A stretch of DNA of 15,940 nucleotides from Candidatus Micrarchaeia archaeon. GTDB taxonomy: Archaea > Micrarchaeota > Micrarchaeia > Anstonellales > J096. The notes beneath the pieces were generated by a model. The model made no database searches. It saw only the letters and a program-made list of their open reading frames with translations, and was not told the origin of the DNA. The stretch lies in the NCBI GenBank assembly GCA_041500405.1, contig JBGQMB010000021.1, positions 1-15,940 on the forward strand, read 5' to 3'. The number at the start of each line of letters is the position of its first letter. The stretch's first letter is position 1. The position numbers were made by a program, and so were the translations under genes. Shown here piece by piece: positions 1-8,169 of the stretch.

Positions 1-40
1 AAACGGAAAAAACCTGGAAAACCGGCCCGCGCATGGCATT

Positions 41-48
41 TTTTAAAA
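41..48 (+). promoter_or_regulatory. Putative archaeal TATA box for the C/D box sRNA
   Basis: TTTTAAAA at 41-48, about 25 nt upstream of the 5' terminal stem of the sRNA (69), which fits archaeal TATA-to-TSS spacing. Confidence 0.6.
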
Positions 49-68
49 CTTGCTCTATACAAATGCAA

Positions 69-130
69 TTGCGGGATGATGAGAGGTGAACCTCTGATTC
101 GTGATGAGATGACTTGACTCTGATCCGCAA
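69..130 (+). ncRNA. Box C/D 2'-O-methylation guide sRNA
   Basis: Box C ATGATGA 76-82; D' guide GAGGTGAACCT 83-93; box D' CTGA 94-97; box C' GTGATGA 101-107; D guide GATGACTTGACT 108-119; box D CTGA 120-123. Terminal stem TTGCGGG (69-75) / TCCGCAA (124-130). All four boxes match consensus with canonical archaeal spacing. Confidence 0.92.
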
Positions 131-135
131 CAAAA

Positions 136-906
136 TCAGTTCTTTTTGCCTTCCAGCCTGTCCATCGCCTTCTCTATGGCGTTGTTGAGCGACTTTCCCA
201 GGAATACCTGCTCGGCCATGCCAAGCAGGAAGCCGATGAATATGAAAAGGCCCTGCGCGCCATAGACAAAGCGTATCCCCATGATGTCAAGCGGGACGAA
301 AATGTTTGACTCCGTTCCGGAATCAAACTCAACAGAATCAAACTGCGCGACGTTTTCAGCAACCAGCGATATCGAGCCGTTCCGCTCCACAGGATAGACG
401 CTGTAGTTGCCGCCGTTCTTTATGAAAAGCGTGTATCCAGGCGTGAGATTGGTGTATATCCCCCTTTCCTTGCTCATGAACACATATCCCGTGAACGCCG
501 TTCCTGAGGTGTCCTTGCCCGTTACCTTGAATGCCTGCATGGACGGGTTGGAGAGCGCAAAGCTCTGGTTTATGCCGGAAACGTTCTTCATTATGATGTC
601 GTCGCCGGTTTGGGGGTTCATTGCATTCAATATCATCATCATGCCGAAGAACAGTATGAGCATCGGCAGCATCATCTTGAGCTGGGTGTTCATGGCCTGC
701 ATGGAAAGAGGTATTTTCTCCTTGTTGATCCTTTCCATCTCCTGCGTGTTGCCCTTCTTCGACGCCTCAAAGAACTTCTTGTCAAGCTCGCTGAGCTGCG
801 ACCTGATTTTGTTGGAGTCCTTTAGGCCCATCTTTAGCATCATGGCCCTCAAAAGGATGAGATAGATGAAGGAGAATGCCAATATCGTGAAGATAAAGTC
901 CATCAT
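136..906 (-). CDS. DUF106 / EMC3-TMCO1-Get1-like (Oxa1 superfamily) membrane protein
   Basis: N-terminal TM, cytosolic coiled coil (IRSQLSELDKKFFEASKKGNTQEMERINKEK), Met-rich segment into TM2 (MMLPMLILFF) and a C-terminal TM. Conserved archaeal position right after secY-adk. ATGA overlap with the adk stop. Confidence 0.8.
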   Translation of the reverse strand: MMDFIFTILAFSFIYLILLRAMMLKMGLKDSNKIRSQLSELDKKFFEASKKGNTQEMERINKEKIPLSMQAMNTQLKMMLPMLILFFGMMMILNAMNPQTGDDIIMKNVSGINQSFALSNPSMQAFKVTGKDTSGTAFTGYVFMSKERGIYTNLTPGYTLFIKNGGNYSVYPVERNGSISLVAENVAQFDSVEFDSGTESNIFVPLDIMGIRFVYGAQGLFIFIGFLLGMAEQVFLGKSLNNAIEKAMDRLEGKKN

Positions 907-1466
907 TTGCCCCTAATCATCGTTTCCGCCTTTTTTGCGGCCTCATCCGCCCTGCCCTGCTCGTTGGTTATTATCATGGCCGGCGCGCCGGAGAGGACTG
1001 CGTATGTCGCAAGCATGTCGCGGCTTATGGCGTCGTGGAGCTTCATCTCGTCAAGGGTTTCGGCATCCCTTCCAGGCCTTAGCGGATCGTTTTTCCTCCT
1101 ATTATAAATATCCTCAGGCTTCGCGGAAACAAGAATGAATCCATCCACCTTCATCTTCTGGAGCATCCAGAACGGAAGCCCTGGAAGGTACCCTGTCGAA
1201 GTTTTCACGGCGCAATGCGTGTCAAGGAGCACGTTTTTCTCCGTCATCCTTGACAGTATGGCGACCACCTCCGCCTGGAGCTTTTTCTGCTGGTCAACGC
1301 TGAGCTTTTTCCTCATGTCGTCCCTGCTTTCTATCTTGAACATCCTTTTTCCGGCCTCAAGCGCCATGTCGCCGAAGTTCACGACCTTAAGCTCCGGCAT
1401 GAGCTTTAGCAGGCTTCCTATGACTGTTGACTTGCCGGCGCCCGGCAGCCCCATTATGATATACAT
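903..1466 (-). CDS. adkA: Archaeal-type adenylate kinase
   Basis: P-loop GLPGAGKST, VNFGD, SRDDMRK, LDTH, GYLPGLP and RRKNDPLR motifs; directly after secY. Confidence 0.95.
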   Translation of the reverse strand: MYIIMGLPGAGKSTVIGSLLKLMPELKVVNFGDMALEAGKRMFKIESRDDMRKKLSVDQQKKLQAEVVAILSRMTEKNVLLDTHCAVKTSTGYLPGLPFWMLQKMKVDGFILVSAKPEDIYNRRKNDPLRPGRDAETLDEMKLHDAISRDMLATYAVLSGAPAMIITNEQGRADEAAKKAETMIRGK

Positions 1467-1469
1467 ATT

Positions 1470-2888
1470 TCATTCACCCAGCACGATTTTTGAGAATCTC
1501 GGGAAATACGTCTGTATTATCTCCGAGGATTGCTTTGTGAACTGGTACAGTATTGTTACAGTAAGCAGGATTCCGGTCCCTGTCCCAAGGGCGCCCGTAA
1601 GGTCTGCGACTCCGGCAAGGAGCCCTACCCCGAACGAGCCCGCGATTGTGAGCGGGGTTATGTACTCATTCAGCTTTTCCTCAAGGAACCTCCTGTCCTG
1701 CCTGAAACCGGGTATATTGGCTCCATACTGACTCAGCTGGTTGGCTATGCTTTTTGCGTCCATCTTCGCCATTTCCACCCAGAACAGCCCGAAAAAGACT
1801 GACACTACCGAAAGCGTAATCACGTAAACCAAGGCATGCCCCCATCCCGGTATCCCAAGATACTGGGTCGGCTGGATAAGCATGCTGAAATAGGTGTTCA
1901 TGTCCGTTCCTACATAAAACGGCGTAAGCATATACACAATGTCTGAAAGCGGGCCCATCCAGGCCTCGTTGTCAATTGTTATCCATCCGGTAACTGCTGT
2001 ATGCAGGAAATTCACGTTCATGAACAGCGCTGCCGCAAATATGACTGGTATGTTGGACACATAGAACAATGGAAGCTCCAGGGGCCTTCCTGACGTCCTA
2101 AGGGCCGCGAAGGATATCGGTATCTTTACCCTGAGGAGCGAGCCCCTTATGACAAGGTAGAATATCACTATTGTCGAGAAAATCGGTATTATTGACACTA
2201 TGGACTGGCTTATGGCGTTTGCTCCGCCCTCCGCGAACTTGGCAAGCACGCTGTTTGAGCCGGTCAGCAGGACCGAGATCGCCTGGTTGACAATGGTGGC
2301 GCTGACACCGGCTGCGATGAACATGCTGATTCCGGAGCCTATGCCCCATTTTTGCACTATCTCGTCCATGTATATTACGAAAATGGCGCCAAGCAGGAAC
2401 TGCAGCGCAACAAGGTGGAGCATGATGGATGACGCCGAGTCGCCAAGGCTGGCCACAATGACCGGGTCAGTCATGCCGTTGTGTATCAGGTTTGCGCCGA
2501 ATGCGTATCCTTCAAGAATAGCCACTATCATTGCCAAGACCACCTGTATCTGGTGGAATTTCTTTTTCTGGGCCGGGTCCTGCATGCTCAGATTAAGCAA
2601 TCCTGCCCCGACAAACAATTGCAGGAACAGGCTTGCCATGACTATTGGGCCGATTCCGAGCGTGAGGAAGCTTCCTGTCTTTGAAGCAGTGACGACCTGG
2701 ACGAAATCCGTGCTGGCGCCGCCTGTCCTTAATCCGAATACGGTTATGTGGTACAGTATGAAATATACGACCACGACCGCGGCAACCCAAAACAGCTTCT
2801 CCTTTGCCGTAAGCTGCCTTGCCGGCGCCTCAACCTCAGGCAGGTACTTCGAAAGGCTTCCAAGAAACTCGAATATGCCCTGTATCAT
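1470..2888 (-). CDS. secY: Preprotein translocase subunit SecY (Sec61alpha)
   Basis: LPEV, LGIGPIVMASL, DEIVQKWGIGSGISMFIAAGV, FYVSNIPVIF, IPGFR and GTGILLTV motifs; about 10 TM segments. Confidence 0.98.
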   Translation of the reverse strand: MIQGIFEFLGSLSKYLPEVEAPARQLTAKEKLFWVAAVVVVYFILYHITVFGLRTGGASTDFVQVVTASKTGSFLTLGIGPIVMASLFLQLFVGAGLLNLSMQDPAQKKKFHQIQVVLAMIVAILEGYAFGANLIHNGMTDPVIVASLGDSASSIMLHLVALQFLLGAIFVIYMDEIVQKWGIGSGISMFIAAGVSATIVNQAISVLLTGSNSVLAKFAEGGANAISQSIVSIIPIFSTIVIFYLVIRGSLLRVKIPISFAALRTSGRPLELPLFYVSNIPVIFAAALFMNVNFLHTAVTGWITIDNEAWMGPLSDIVYMLTPFYVGTDMNTYFSMLIQPTQYLGIPGWGHALVYVITLSVVSVFFGLFWVEMAKMDAKSIANQLSQYGANIPGFRQDRRFLEEKLNEYITPLTIAGSFGVGLLAGVADLTGALGTGTGILLTVTILYQFTKQSSEIIQTYFPRFSKIVLGE

Positions 2889-2900
2889 ATTATAGGCACC

Positions 2901-3323
2901 TCAGGCCGCGATTTCCACTACGCCTCCCTTGGCCTCAATCTTTGCCTTTGCCATCTTGCTTATCGACTTTGCCTTGATCTTAAGGGGATAGTTGACATAT
3001 CCTGAGCCGAGGACCTTGCCCTCGAACGCGAACACGAACCTGTCCTTTTCCTTTTCCAGCCCGCCCTGCTCGGCAAGGCTGTTTATTTCCCAAAGGTTTA
3101 TGGTTTTCCCGCAGGTGTGGCTCAATGGCGCAAATCCGTGCCTGCCGATCCTGTCCCTTTCGTAAACGACGACATAGGTCCACTTGTGCTTGTTGTGCTT
3201 GCCTTTGCCGGCGCGGCCTTTCCCTCCTTTGTTGCCCTTGCCTCTCCTGTTCTTGGCGTTTCCGCAGCCATGGCTGCTTGAGCCCCGCCATTTCCCGGTT
3301 TTCCTAGCGTATCTCCTTGTCAT
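2901..3323 (-). CDS. rpl15: 50S ribosomal protein uL15
   Basis: RGSSSHGCG...RGKGNKGGKGRAG, GRHGF, INL, KVLGSG and AKAKIEAKGG motifs; precedes secY. Confidence 0.96.
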   Translation of the reverse strand: MTRRYARKTGKWRGSSSHGCGNAKNRRGKGNKGGKGRAGKGKHNKHKWTYVVVYERDRIGRHGFAPLSHTCGKTINLWEINSLAEQGGLEKEKDRFVFAFEGKVLGSGYVNYPLKIKAKSISKMAKAKIEAKGGVVEIAA

Positions 3324-3333
3324 GAATATCCCC

Positions 3334-3774
3334 TCACATCATCCTCTTGATGACAGAGTCTATGTCCCCGCTCTCGGGAACAATCAGCTCCGGCTTCTTG
3401 ACGTTCTTCCAGCCCTTCCTGGGCGGCGCAAGCCTGAAAACGGGGTCAATGTAGTCCCCTATCTTCTTCCCTGCGAAAACTGCGTCAGCGACCTCTTTTG
3501 GCTTCACCACTTCAGACGCCTTCTTTGAGCCCTTCTCGCCCCTTTTCGCTATAAGGGCCTCAAGCGTCTCCTTGCTGATTTTGCCGAACGCTATGTAGTC
3601 CTTTGCGACCTTGAGCATGCCTATTATGGGCCTTGTCGCCTTGTAAATCACTGCTTGGTTGGTCCTGTAAAGCTTCATCAGCTTGAGCGTGTTGTCTATC
3701 TTGGGCTTCATGCTTCTCCTGCCCCTTACCCTGATGACCGCTATTATCTGGTCCTCAATCGTTTCGAATTTCAT
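3334..3774 (-). CDS. rpl30: 50S ribosomal protein uL30 (archaeal type)
   Basis: AVIRVRG, TLKLMKL, GMLKVAKDYIAFG and PVFRLAPPRKGW motifs. Confidence 0.95.
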   Translation of the reverse strand: MKFETIEDQIIAVIRVRGRRSMKPKIDNTLKLMKLYRTNQAVIYKATRPIIGMLKVAKDYIAFGKISKETLEALIAKRGEKGSKKASEVVKPKEVADAVFAGKKIGDYIDPVFRLAPPRKGWKNVKKPELIVPESGDIDSVIKRMM

Positions 3775-4376
3775 TGCTCCGCACCCCTCTTGATTTTCTT
3801 AAGCGCCCTGAGCGTTGCAACCAGCGCGTTGTAAACGTTGTCGGTTGAGCCCCTTGACTGGCCCCAGATGTCCTTGATTCCAAGCAGCGAAGCGACAATC
3901 TTGATGTTGTCGTTCACGGCAAGGCCAAGCCCCTTTGGCGCAGGCTTGAGCGAAACCATGGTCGCGCTCTGCTTGCCGCTCACGCCGAACGGTATTGAGT
4001 GCCCTGTTCCGCACCTGCATTCCCATGAGCCGCACCCTCTTGGCACGTATATGAGGCTTTTCTTTGCGCTCCTTGTGGCGTAGTCTATCGCAGGCCCCGT
4101 TTCCGCGGCCTTTCCGACGCCAAGCCCTATGTGGCCGTTTCCGTCTCCCACAAGGACTATTGCCTTGAAGCTCATCCTCCTTCCTGAGTCTGTGACCCTC
4201 TGCGTTGTGGATATCTTTACCGTTTCCGTCTTTATGCCCGGAACCAGCATGTCAACAATCTCAGACTCAAGTATGCGGTTGCCCGCCTTGAGAATGTCGT
4301 CGATATTCGTTATCTCGCCGCTCTTGACCTTCCTTCCGAGCTCGGTCCTCGGCTCCCAGCTGTCTATCATCGCCAT
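3771..4376 (-). CDS. rps5: 30S ribosomal protein uS5
   Basis: WEPRTELGRKVK, QRVTDSGRR, VGDGNGHIGLG, RGCGSWEC and PAPKGLGL motifs. Confidence 0.97.
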   Translation of the reverse strand: MAMIDSWEPRTELGRKVKSGEITNIDDILKAGNRILESEIVDMLVPGIKTETVKISTTQRVTDSGRRMSFKAIVLVGDGNGHIGLGVGKAAETGPAIDYATRSAKKSLIYVPRGCGSWECRCGTGHSIPFGVSGKQSATMVSLKPAPKGLGLAVNDNIKIVASLLGIKDIWGQSRGSTDNVYNALVATLRALKKIKRGAEQ

Positions 4377-4381
4377 AATCT

Positions 4382-4960
4382 TCAGCCCTCCATAATCTTG
4401 GATTTGACCTTGTCAAAAAGCTCCGGCAGCTTTTCTGGGTCCACTTTTGCCTCAATATACCGGGAGAACTGCCTTGAATAGCGGTCCTTGTCCCCCTTTA
4501 TGAGCTTTGCGTATTCCGCGATATGGGTTCCCTTGAGCCTTTTCTCGTCAAGCTCCATGCCCATCGCAGACTCCATTCCGGCGTCGATTGCGCCCTTCAT
4601 GGCCGCAAACACGATGCTCTGCTTTGTCGGCGTGTGCCTTCCTATGTCAAGCACTGCGCTGGATATGCCCTTTGCCTTTGCAAGCTTCCCTATCAGCAGC
4701 CCCGCGAGGTATGCTGTCGGCATGTTGCTTTTCGGCACCCATCCGTACGACCTCAGTTTCCTTGTGTTTACCGCAACTATCGTCCTGTCCCCTTCAGGCA
4801 TGAACGAGACCAGCTGGAGAATGAGGCCCCTTCCGGTCTTTCTGACGACAAGGCGCGGCTTCCTGCTCTGCAGCAGCGCAAGCCTTCTTGCGTAGACTGT
4901 CCTGCCTTCCCTTTTCCTCCTGAATGGAACTTCGTAAATCGGGGATTTTGCCTTTGGCAT
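4382..4960 (-). CDS. rpl18: 50S ribosomal protein uL18
   Basis: VPFRRKREGRT, PRLVVRKT, NMPTAYLAG, LDIG and GAIDAG motifs. SD GAGGTG at 4968-4973. Confidence 0.97.
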   Translation of the reverse strand: MPKAKSPIYEVPFRRKREGRTVYARRLALLQSRKPRLVVRKTGRGLILQLVSFMPEGDRTIVAVNTRKLRSYGWVPKSNMPTAYLAGLLIGKLAKAKGISSAVLDIGRHTPTKQSIVFAAMKGAIDAGMESAMGMELDEKRLKGTHIAEYAKLIKGDKDRYSRQFSRYIEAKVDPEKLPELFDKVKSKIMEG

Positions 4961-4961
4961 T

Positions 4962-5408
4962 TCATTTCACCTCTTTTGCGTCCTTGAGAAGGAAGCTGTT
5001 GTCCTTCAGGTATGCAAGGAATGCGGACTTTCCCCTGAAATATCCGCCCTTCATCTTCAGGTACAGTTTCCTCTTGTTCTTCCTGTCAACATATTGCCCC
5101 TCAACGAGCTTGTTGAGGTATTTTCTCAGCGCCCTTATCCTCTTCATCCAAAGGTCCTTGAAAGGCATCCTGGCGTTCATTGTTCCCTTCCTTTTTCCCT
5201 CGCCCCTCTTTCCGCGCTTTTCCTTCTTCCGTCTGCCTTTGACCGGGATTGCGTACACTATGCCGTCCTTTGCAAGGCCGGCGACGTCTGCCCTTGTCAT
5301 TGCGCCGCTTAGCGCGTCCCTTGTCTCTGCATTCGCCTTTATCCTGACCCTGTTTGTGCCGACGCCAAGCGTTTCCGAGGCTATCCTCCTGAGCGATTTC
5401 ATCTTCAT
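4962..5408 (-). CDS. rpl19e: 50S ribosomal protein eL19
   Basis: RRIASETLGVGTNRV, TRADV, GKRKG, WMKRIRALRKYL and LYLKMKGGYF motifs. Confidence 0.96.
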   Translation of the reverse strand: MKMKSLRRIASETLGVGTNRVRIKANAETRDALSGAMTRADVAGLAKDGIVYAIPVKGRRKKEKRGKRGEGKRKGTMNARMPFKDLWMKRIRALRKYLNKLVEGQYVDRKNKRKLYLKMKGGYFRGKSAFLAYLKDNSFLLKDAKEVK

Positions 5409-5833
5409 TTCTTCTCACCTGTCTGGGGCTTTTCCGCCTTTTGCGGCTTTGCCTCCGCCTTCTTCTCCTCGGCCTTTGGCTTCCGCTCCCTTTGCTTCAC
5501 GCCGGGGTTCAGAATCCTGAGCTTCAGCTCACCGGCCCTCTTTATTATGGCAATCCTTTTCCTGTTGCCGACCTGCCTCGCAATCCTGACAACAACATCC
5601 TTAAGGCCTTCAAGCTGCGCCGGGTTGTGCACAATCACTTCAAAGTTCCCGCATGGATGCGTAAACCGGACAATTTTGCTGTTCTTGTAGCCTATGCGCG
5701 GCGATTTGCCGTGCGCAGCCACCCTTATCCTCTTCTTGTTGTCGATTCCCCTGGGCTTCCTCCACCTTGAAGGAACCCTCATTATGGACTTTGAGTTCGG
5801 TATTATGAAATTTGGCTTCTTTTTCTTGTTCAT
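5405..5833 (-). CDS. rpl32e: 50S ribosomal protein eL32
   Basis: WRKPRGIDNK, PRIGY, HPCG, VHN and RILNP motifs. Start moved to ATG 5833 (SD GAGGTG at 5840-5845). K/E/A-rich C-terminal tail. Confidence 0.95.
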   Translation of the reverse strand: MNKKKKPNFIIPNSKSIMRVPSRWRKPRGIDNKKRIRVAAHGKSPRIGYKNSKIVRFTHPCGNFEVIVHNPAQLEGLKDVVVRIARQVGNRKRIAIIKRAGELKLRILNPGVKQRERKPKAEEKKAEAKPQKAEKPQTGEKK

Positions 5834-5843
5834 TCCTGACACC

Positions 5844-6344
5844 TCATTCAACGGCGTAAATGCCGTCCTGGAAGACCCTCTTGTCCTTCTTCCTTGTCTT
5901 TGTTGCCTGCCTTATGTTGGACACCGTTTGCGTAACGTCGTCAAGGCTCGGGCCTTCCACAAAAAGCTCCTGGCCTGCGATCCTGACTTTCGTGTCGTTC
6001 ACTATCTTTGCCTTCCTGTTCTTCTTTTCGCCGTAAAAGTTGTCTATCATCAGCTCATTGCCCTTCACGCTGACTTTTACAGGGAAATGCGCGTACCTTA
6101 TGACCATCTTCCTTGAGAATCCCTCTGCGGCGCCCTTCAGCATCATCAGCACCCTCCTTTTCACGGTGTTGATGGATGTTGTGTTCTTTCCGTCCACCTC
6201 GAACTTTCCGTCCTTTAGGGACATTTTGACGCCGACAACCTTGAAAACCGTCTTCACCTGGCCCTTTGGCCCCTTGGCAATGACAGTATTGTTCTCCAAT
6301 GAAAGCGAAACGCCGGCCGGAACGATTACTGAAACATATCTCAT
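5844..6344 (-). CDS. rpl6: 50S ribosomal protein uL6
   Basis: KGPKG, YAHFPV, NFYGEK and DKRVFQDGIY motifs. Start ATG 6344 with SD GAGGTG at 6351-6356. Confidence 0.97.
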   Translation of the reverse strand: MRYVSVIVPAGVSLSLENNTVIAKGPKGQVKTVFKVVGVKMSLKDGKFEVDGKNTTSINTVKRRVLMMLKGAAEGFSRKMVIRYAHFPVKVSVKGNELMIDNFYGEKKNRKAKIVNDTKVRIAGQELFVEGPSLDDVTQTVSNIRQATKTRKKDKRVFQDGIYAVE

Positions 6345-6354
6345 GCCAGGCACC

Positions 6355-6741
6355 TCAGTAAACGAAGGCAAGAAGCCTTCCGCCCAGCTTGGCCTCCTTG
6401 GCCTCCTTGTTGCTCATGACGCCCTTTGGCGTCGAGACTATCAGCAGCCCCAGATTGTATGACGGCAGGTAGTGCGTCTCTGTGGCAACCCATTCCTTGT
6501 TGGATACGGCGAACCTCGGCTTCACCGACCTCAGCTCGCTTATCTTTCCGTTGAGCTGGACGTTGAGCAGGCCTCCCTTGCCGTTGTCCTTCTGCGAGTA
6601 TTCCGATATGTATCCGTGCGCCTTGAGAACCTCAAGCACATCGGCTATGAGCTTTGACGCCTTGACGTCGCACTCCGTCTTGCCGACCCTTTCGCAAATC
6701 TTTATCGTGTTGAGCCCGTCTGAAAGCAGATCTATTGCCAT
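6355..6741 (-). CDS. rps8: 30S ribosomal protein uS8
   Basis: SKLIADVL, GYI, LNGKI, KPRF, YLPS, VSTPKGVM and GGRLLAFVY motifs. Start ATG 6741 with SD GAGGTG at 6748-6753. Confidence 0.97.
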   Translation of the reverse strand: MAIDLLSDGLNTIKICERVGKTECDVKASKLIADVLEVLKAHGYISEYSQKDNGKGGLLNVQLNGKISELRSVKPRFAVSNKEWVATETHYLPSYNLGLLIVSTPKGVMSNKEAKEAKLGGRLLAFVY

Positions 6742-6751
6742 ATTGAGCACC

Positions 6752-6940
6752 TCAATTGTACTTGAAGAACCCCAGGTCCTCTCCCATTTCCCTGAAGCAT
6801 CTCCTGCAGACGTAAAGGCCGTATTTCCTTATCAGTCCTTTCGTCGTCGCGCACTTCTTGCACATCCTTATTCCCTTTCCCCTTTGCCTGTCCAGGCTTT
6901 TCCTGCTTATCTCGGCAGGCTTCTTGTTTTCCGTCATCAT
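6752..6940 (-). CDS. rps14: 30S ribosomal protein uS14 (zinc-binding type)
   Basis: CKKC...GLIRKYGLYVCRRCFRE...LGFFKY. Confidence 0.96.
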   Translation of the reverse strand: MMTENKKPAEISRKSLDRQRGKGIRMCKKCATTKGLIRKYGLYVCRRCFREMGEDLGFFKYN

Positions 6941-6947
6941 AAACACC

Positions 6948-7478
6948 TTACTGCTGGACCGTGACGCCGAATGCGTCCTTTACGAAGGACATTGCCTCGT
7001 CCCTGGTGACCCAGTGCTTTTTGCCTATTGCGGCGTTCGCTATCTTCCTTTTCTTGACCCTGTAGCCCGGCCTTTCGAGCGTCACACAGACGTCAAATCC
7101 GAACATTCCGAGTTCCGGGTCGTACTTGATTCCGGGAAAGTCGATGTATTCCCTTATGCCGAACGCGAAGTTCCCCCTGTTGTCGAAGTTGTTTTCGCTC
7201 ACCATGTTCTTCACTGCGATGAACGCCTTCTTCAGGAACATCCTTGCGCCCTCCTTCCTGAGCGTCGCCTTGACGCCGATGGGCAGGCCCTTCCTGAGCT
7301 TGAAGACCGGGTTCCTTACCCTTGCCTTTGTGACAAGCGGCTTTGCCCCGGTTATTTCCCCCATCAGCTTCTGCGCGTTGTCCAGCCTTTCGCCGGGCGA
7401 GCCGACGCCGATGTTGACCGTTACCTTTGATATCTTGATTTCCCTCATCGGGTTTTTGGCTGTTTTTTCCTTTGCCAT
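6948..7478 (-). CDS. rpl5: 50S ribosomal protein uL5
   Basis: NPMREIKISKVTVNIGVG, IGVKATLR, FDNRGNFAFGI, YDPELG and RPGYRV motifs. Confidence 0.98.
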   Translation of the reverse strand: MAKEKTAKNPMREIKISKVTVNIGVGSPGERLDNAQKLMGEITGAKPLVTKARVRNPVFKLRKGLPIGVKATLRKEGARMFLKKAFIAVKNMVSENNFDNRGNFAFGIREYIDFPGIKYDPELGMFGFDVCVTLERPGYRVKKRKIANAAIGKKHWVTRDEAMSFVKDAFGVTVQQ

Positions 7479-8164
7479 CACAACCAGCCCTCCTTTATCG
7501 GGAAGATGTAGTTGAACCTTGTGATGACATCCTTCCCGTCCACGTCAACCGTCACGTCCTTTACCACGGTTCCGCTGATCTTCTTTATCGTGCCTGTGTT
7601 GCCCGCGTGCCTTCCCTCTATTATGACGCACATCGAGCCTGTTTTTGGCTTTGCCACGTCCTTTATGTCTTTCGTTGCCAAGTCGAAAAGCACAACATCG
7701 TTGACCGCAAGGCTGTTGTCCGCGGTTATCTTTGTCTTTCCGTCGTGGAACGTGAGCTGGAACTTGTCCTGCGAAAGCGAGACCTTTTTCGCTATCTTGA
7801 GGGGCTTGGAGCCCTTGTTTTCCGTTTCCTTTGCCTCGTACCTTCCGGCCTTGCCCATCACTATCCTATATGTTGTGCCCCTTATTTCCACAACGTCCAT
7901 GAGCCCTACAGGGAAGTCGGAGTCCTTTCTCGCCTTTCCGTCAACCTTGACGTGGCCCCTCCTCATCACGAACTGCGCCTCCTTTAGCTTGTCGACGCAT
8001 TTCATGATGTCCCTCATAAGCACGCCGAGGCTCATTGAAACGCCCATGGAATGCGGTCCCGGGCTCTGCCTCCTGATGTACTTGTACTTCTTCTTGTTCC
8101 TTATCCAGACCTTGTCCGGAATGTTAGACCTCTTAAGATGGTTCCTTGGTCCTTTTCTTGCCAT
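7478..8164 (-). CDS. rps4e: 30S ribosomal protein eS4
   Basis: HLKR, PGPH, VKVDGKARKDSDFPVGLMDVV, FHDG and GRHAG motifs. Start at ATG 8164 or 8173. Confidence 0.97.
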   Translation of the reverse strand: MARKGPRNHLKRSNIPDKVWIRNKKKYKYIRRQSPGPHSMGVSMSLGVLMRDIMKCVDKLKEAQFVMRRGHVKVDGKARKDSDFPVGLMDVVEIRGTTYRIVMGKAGRYEAKETENKGSKPLKIAKKVSLSQDKFQLTFHDGKTKITADNSLAVNDVVLFDLATKDIKDVAKPKTGSMCVIIEGRHAGNTGTIKKISGTVVKDVTVDVDGKDVITRFNYIFPIKEGWL

Positions 8165-8169
8165 ATCAA

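Noticed and set aside
1..30. Short GGAAAA(A)CC-like repeats at the window start
   Set aside because: Too short and degenerate, and truncated by the window edge.
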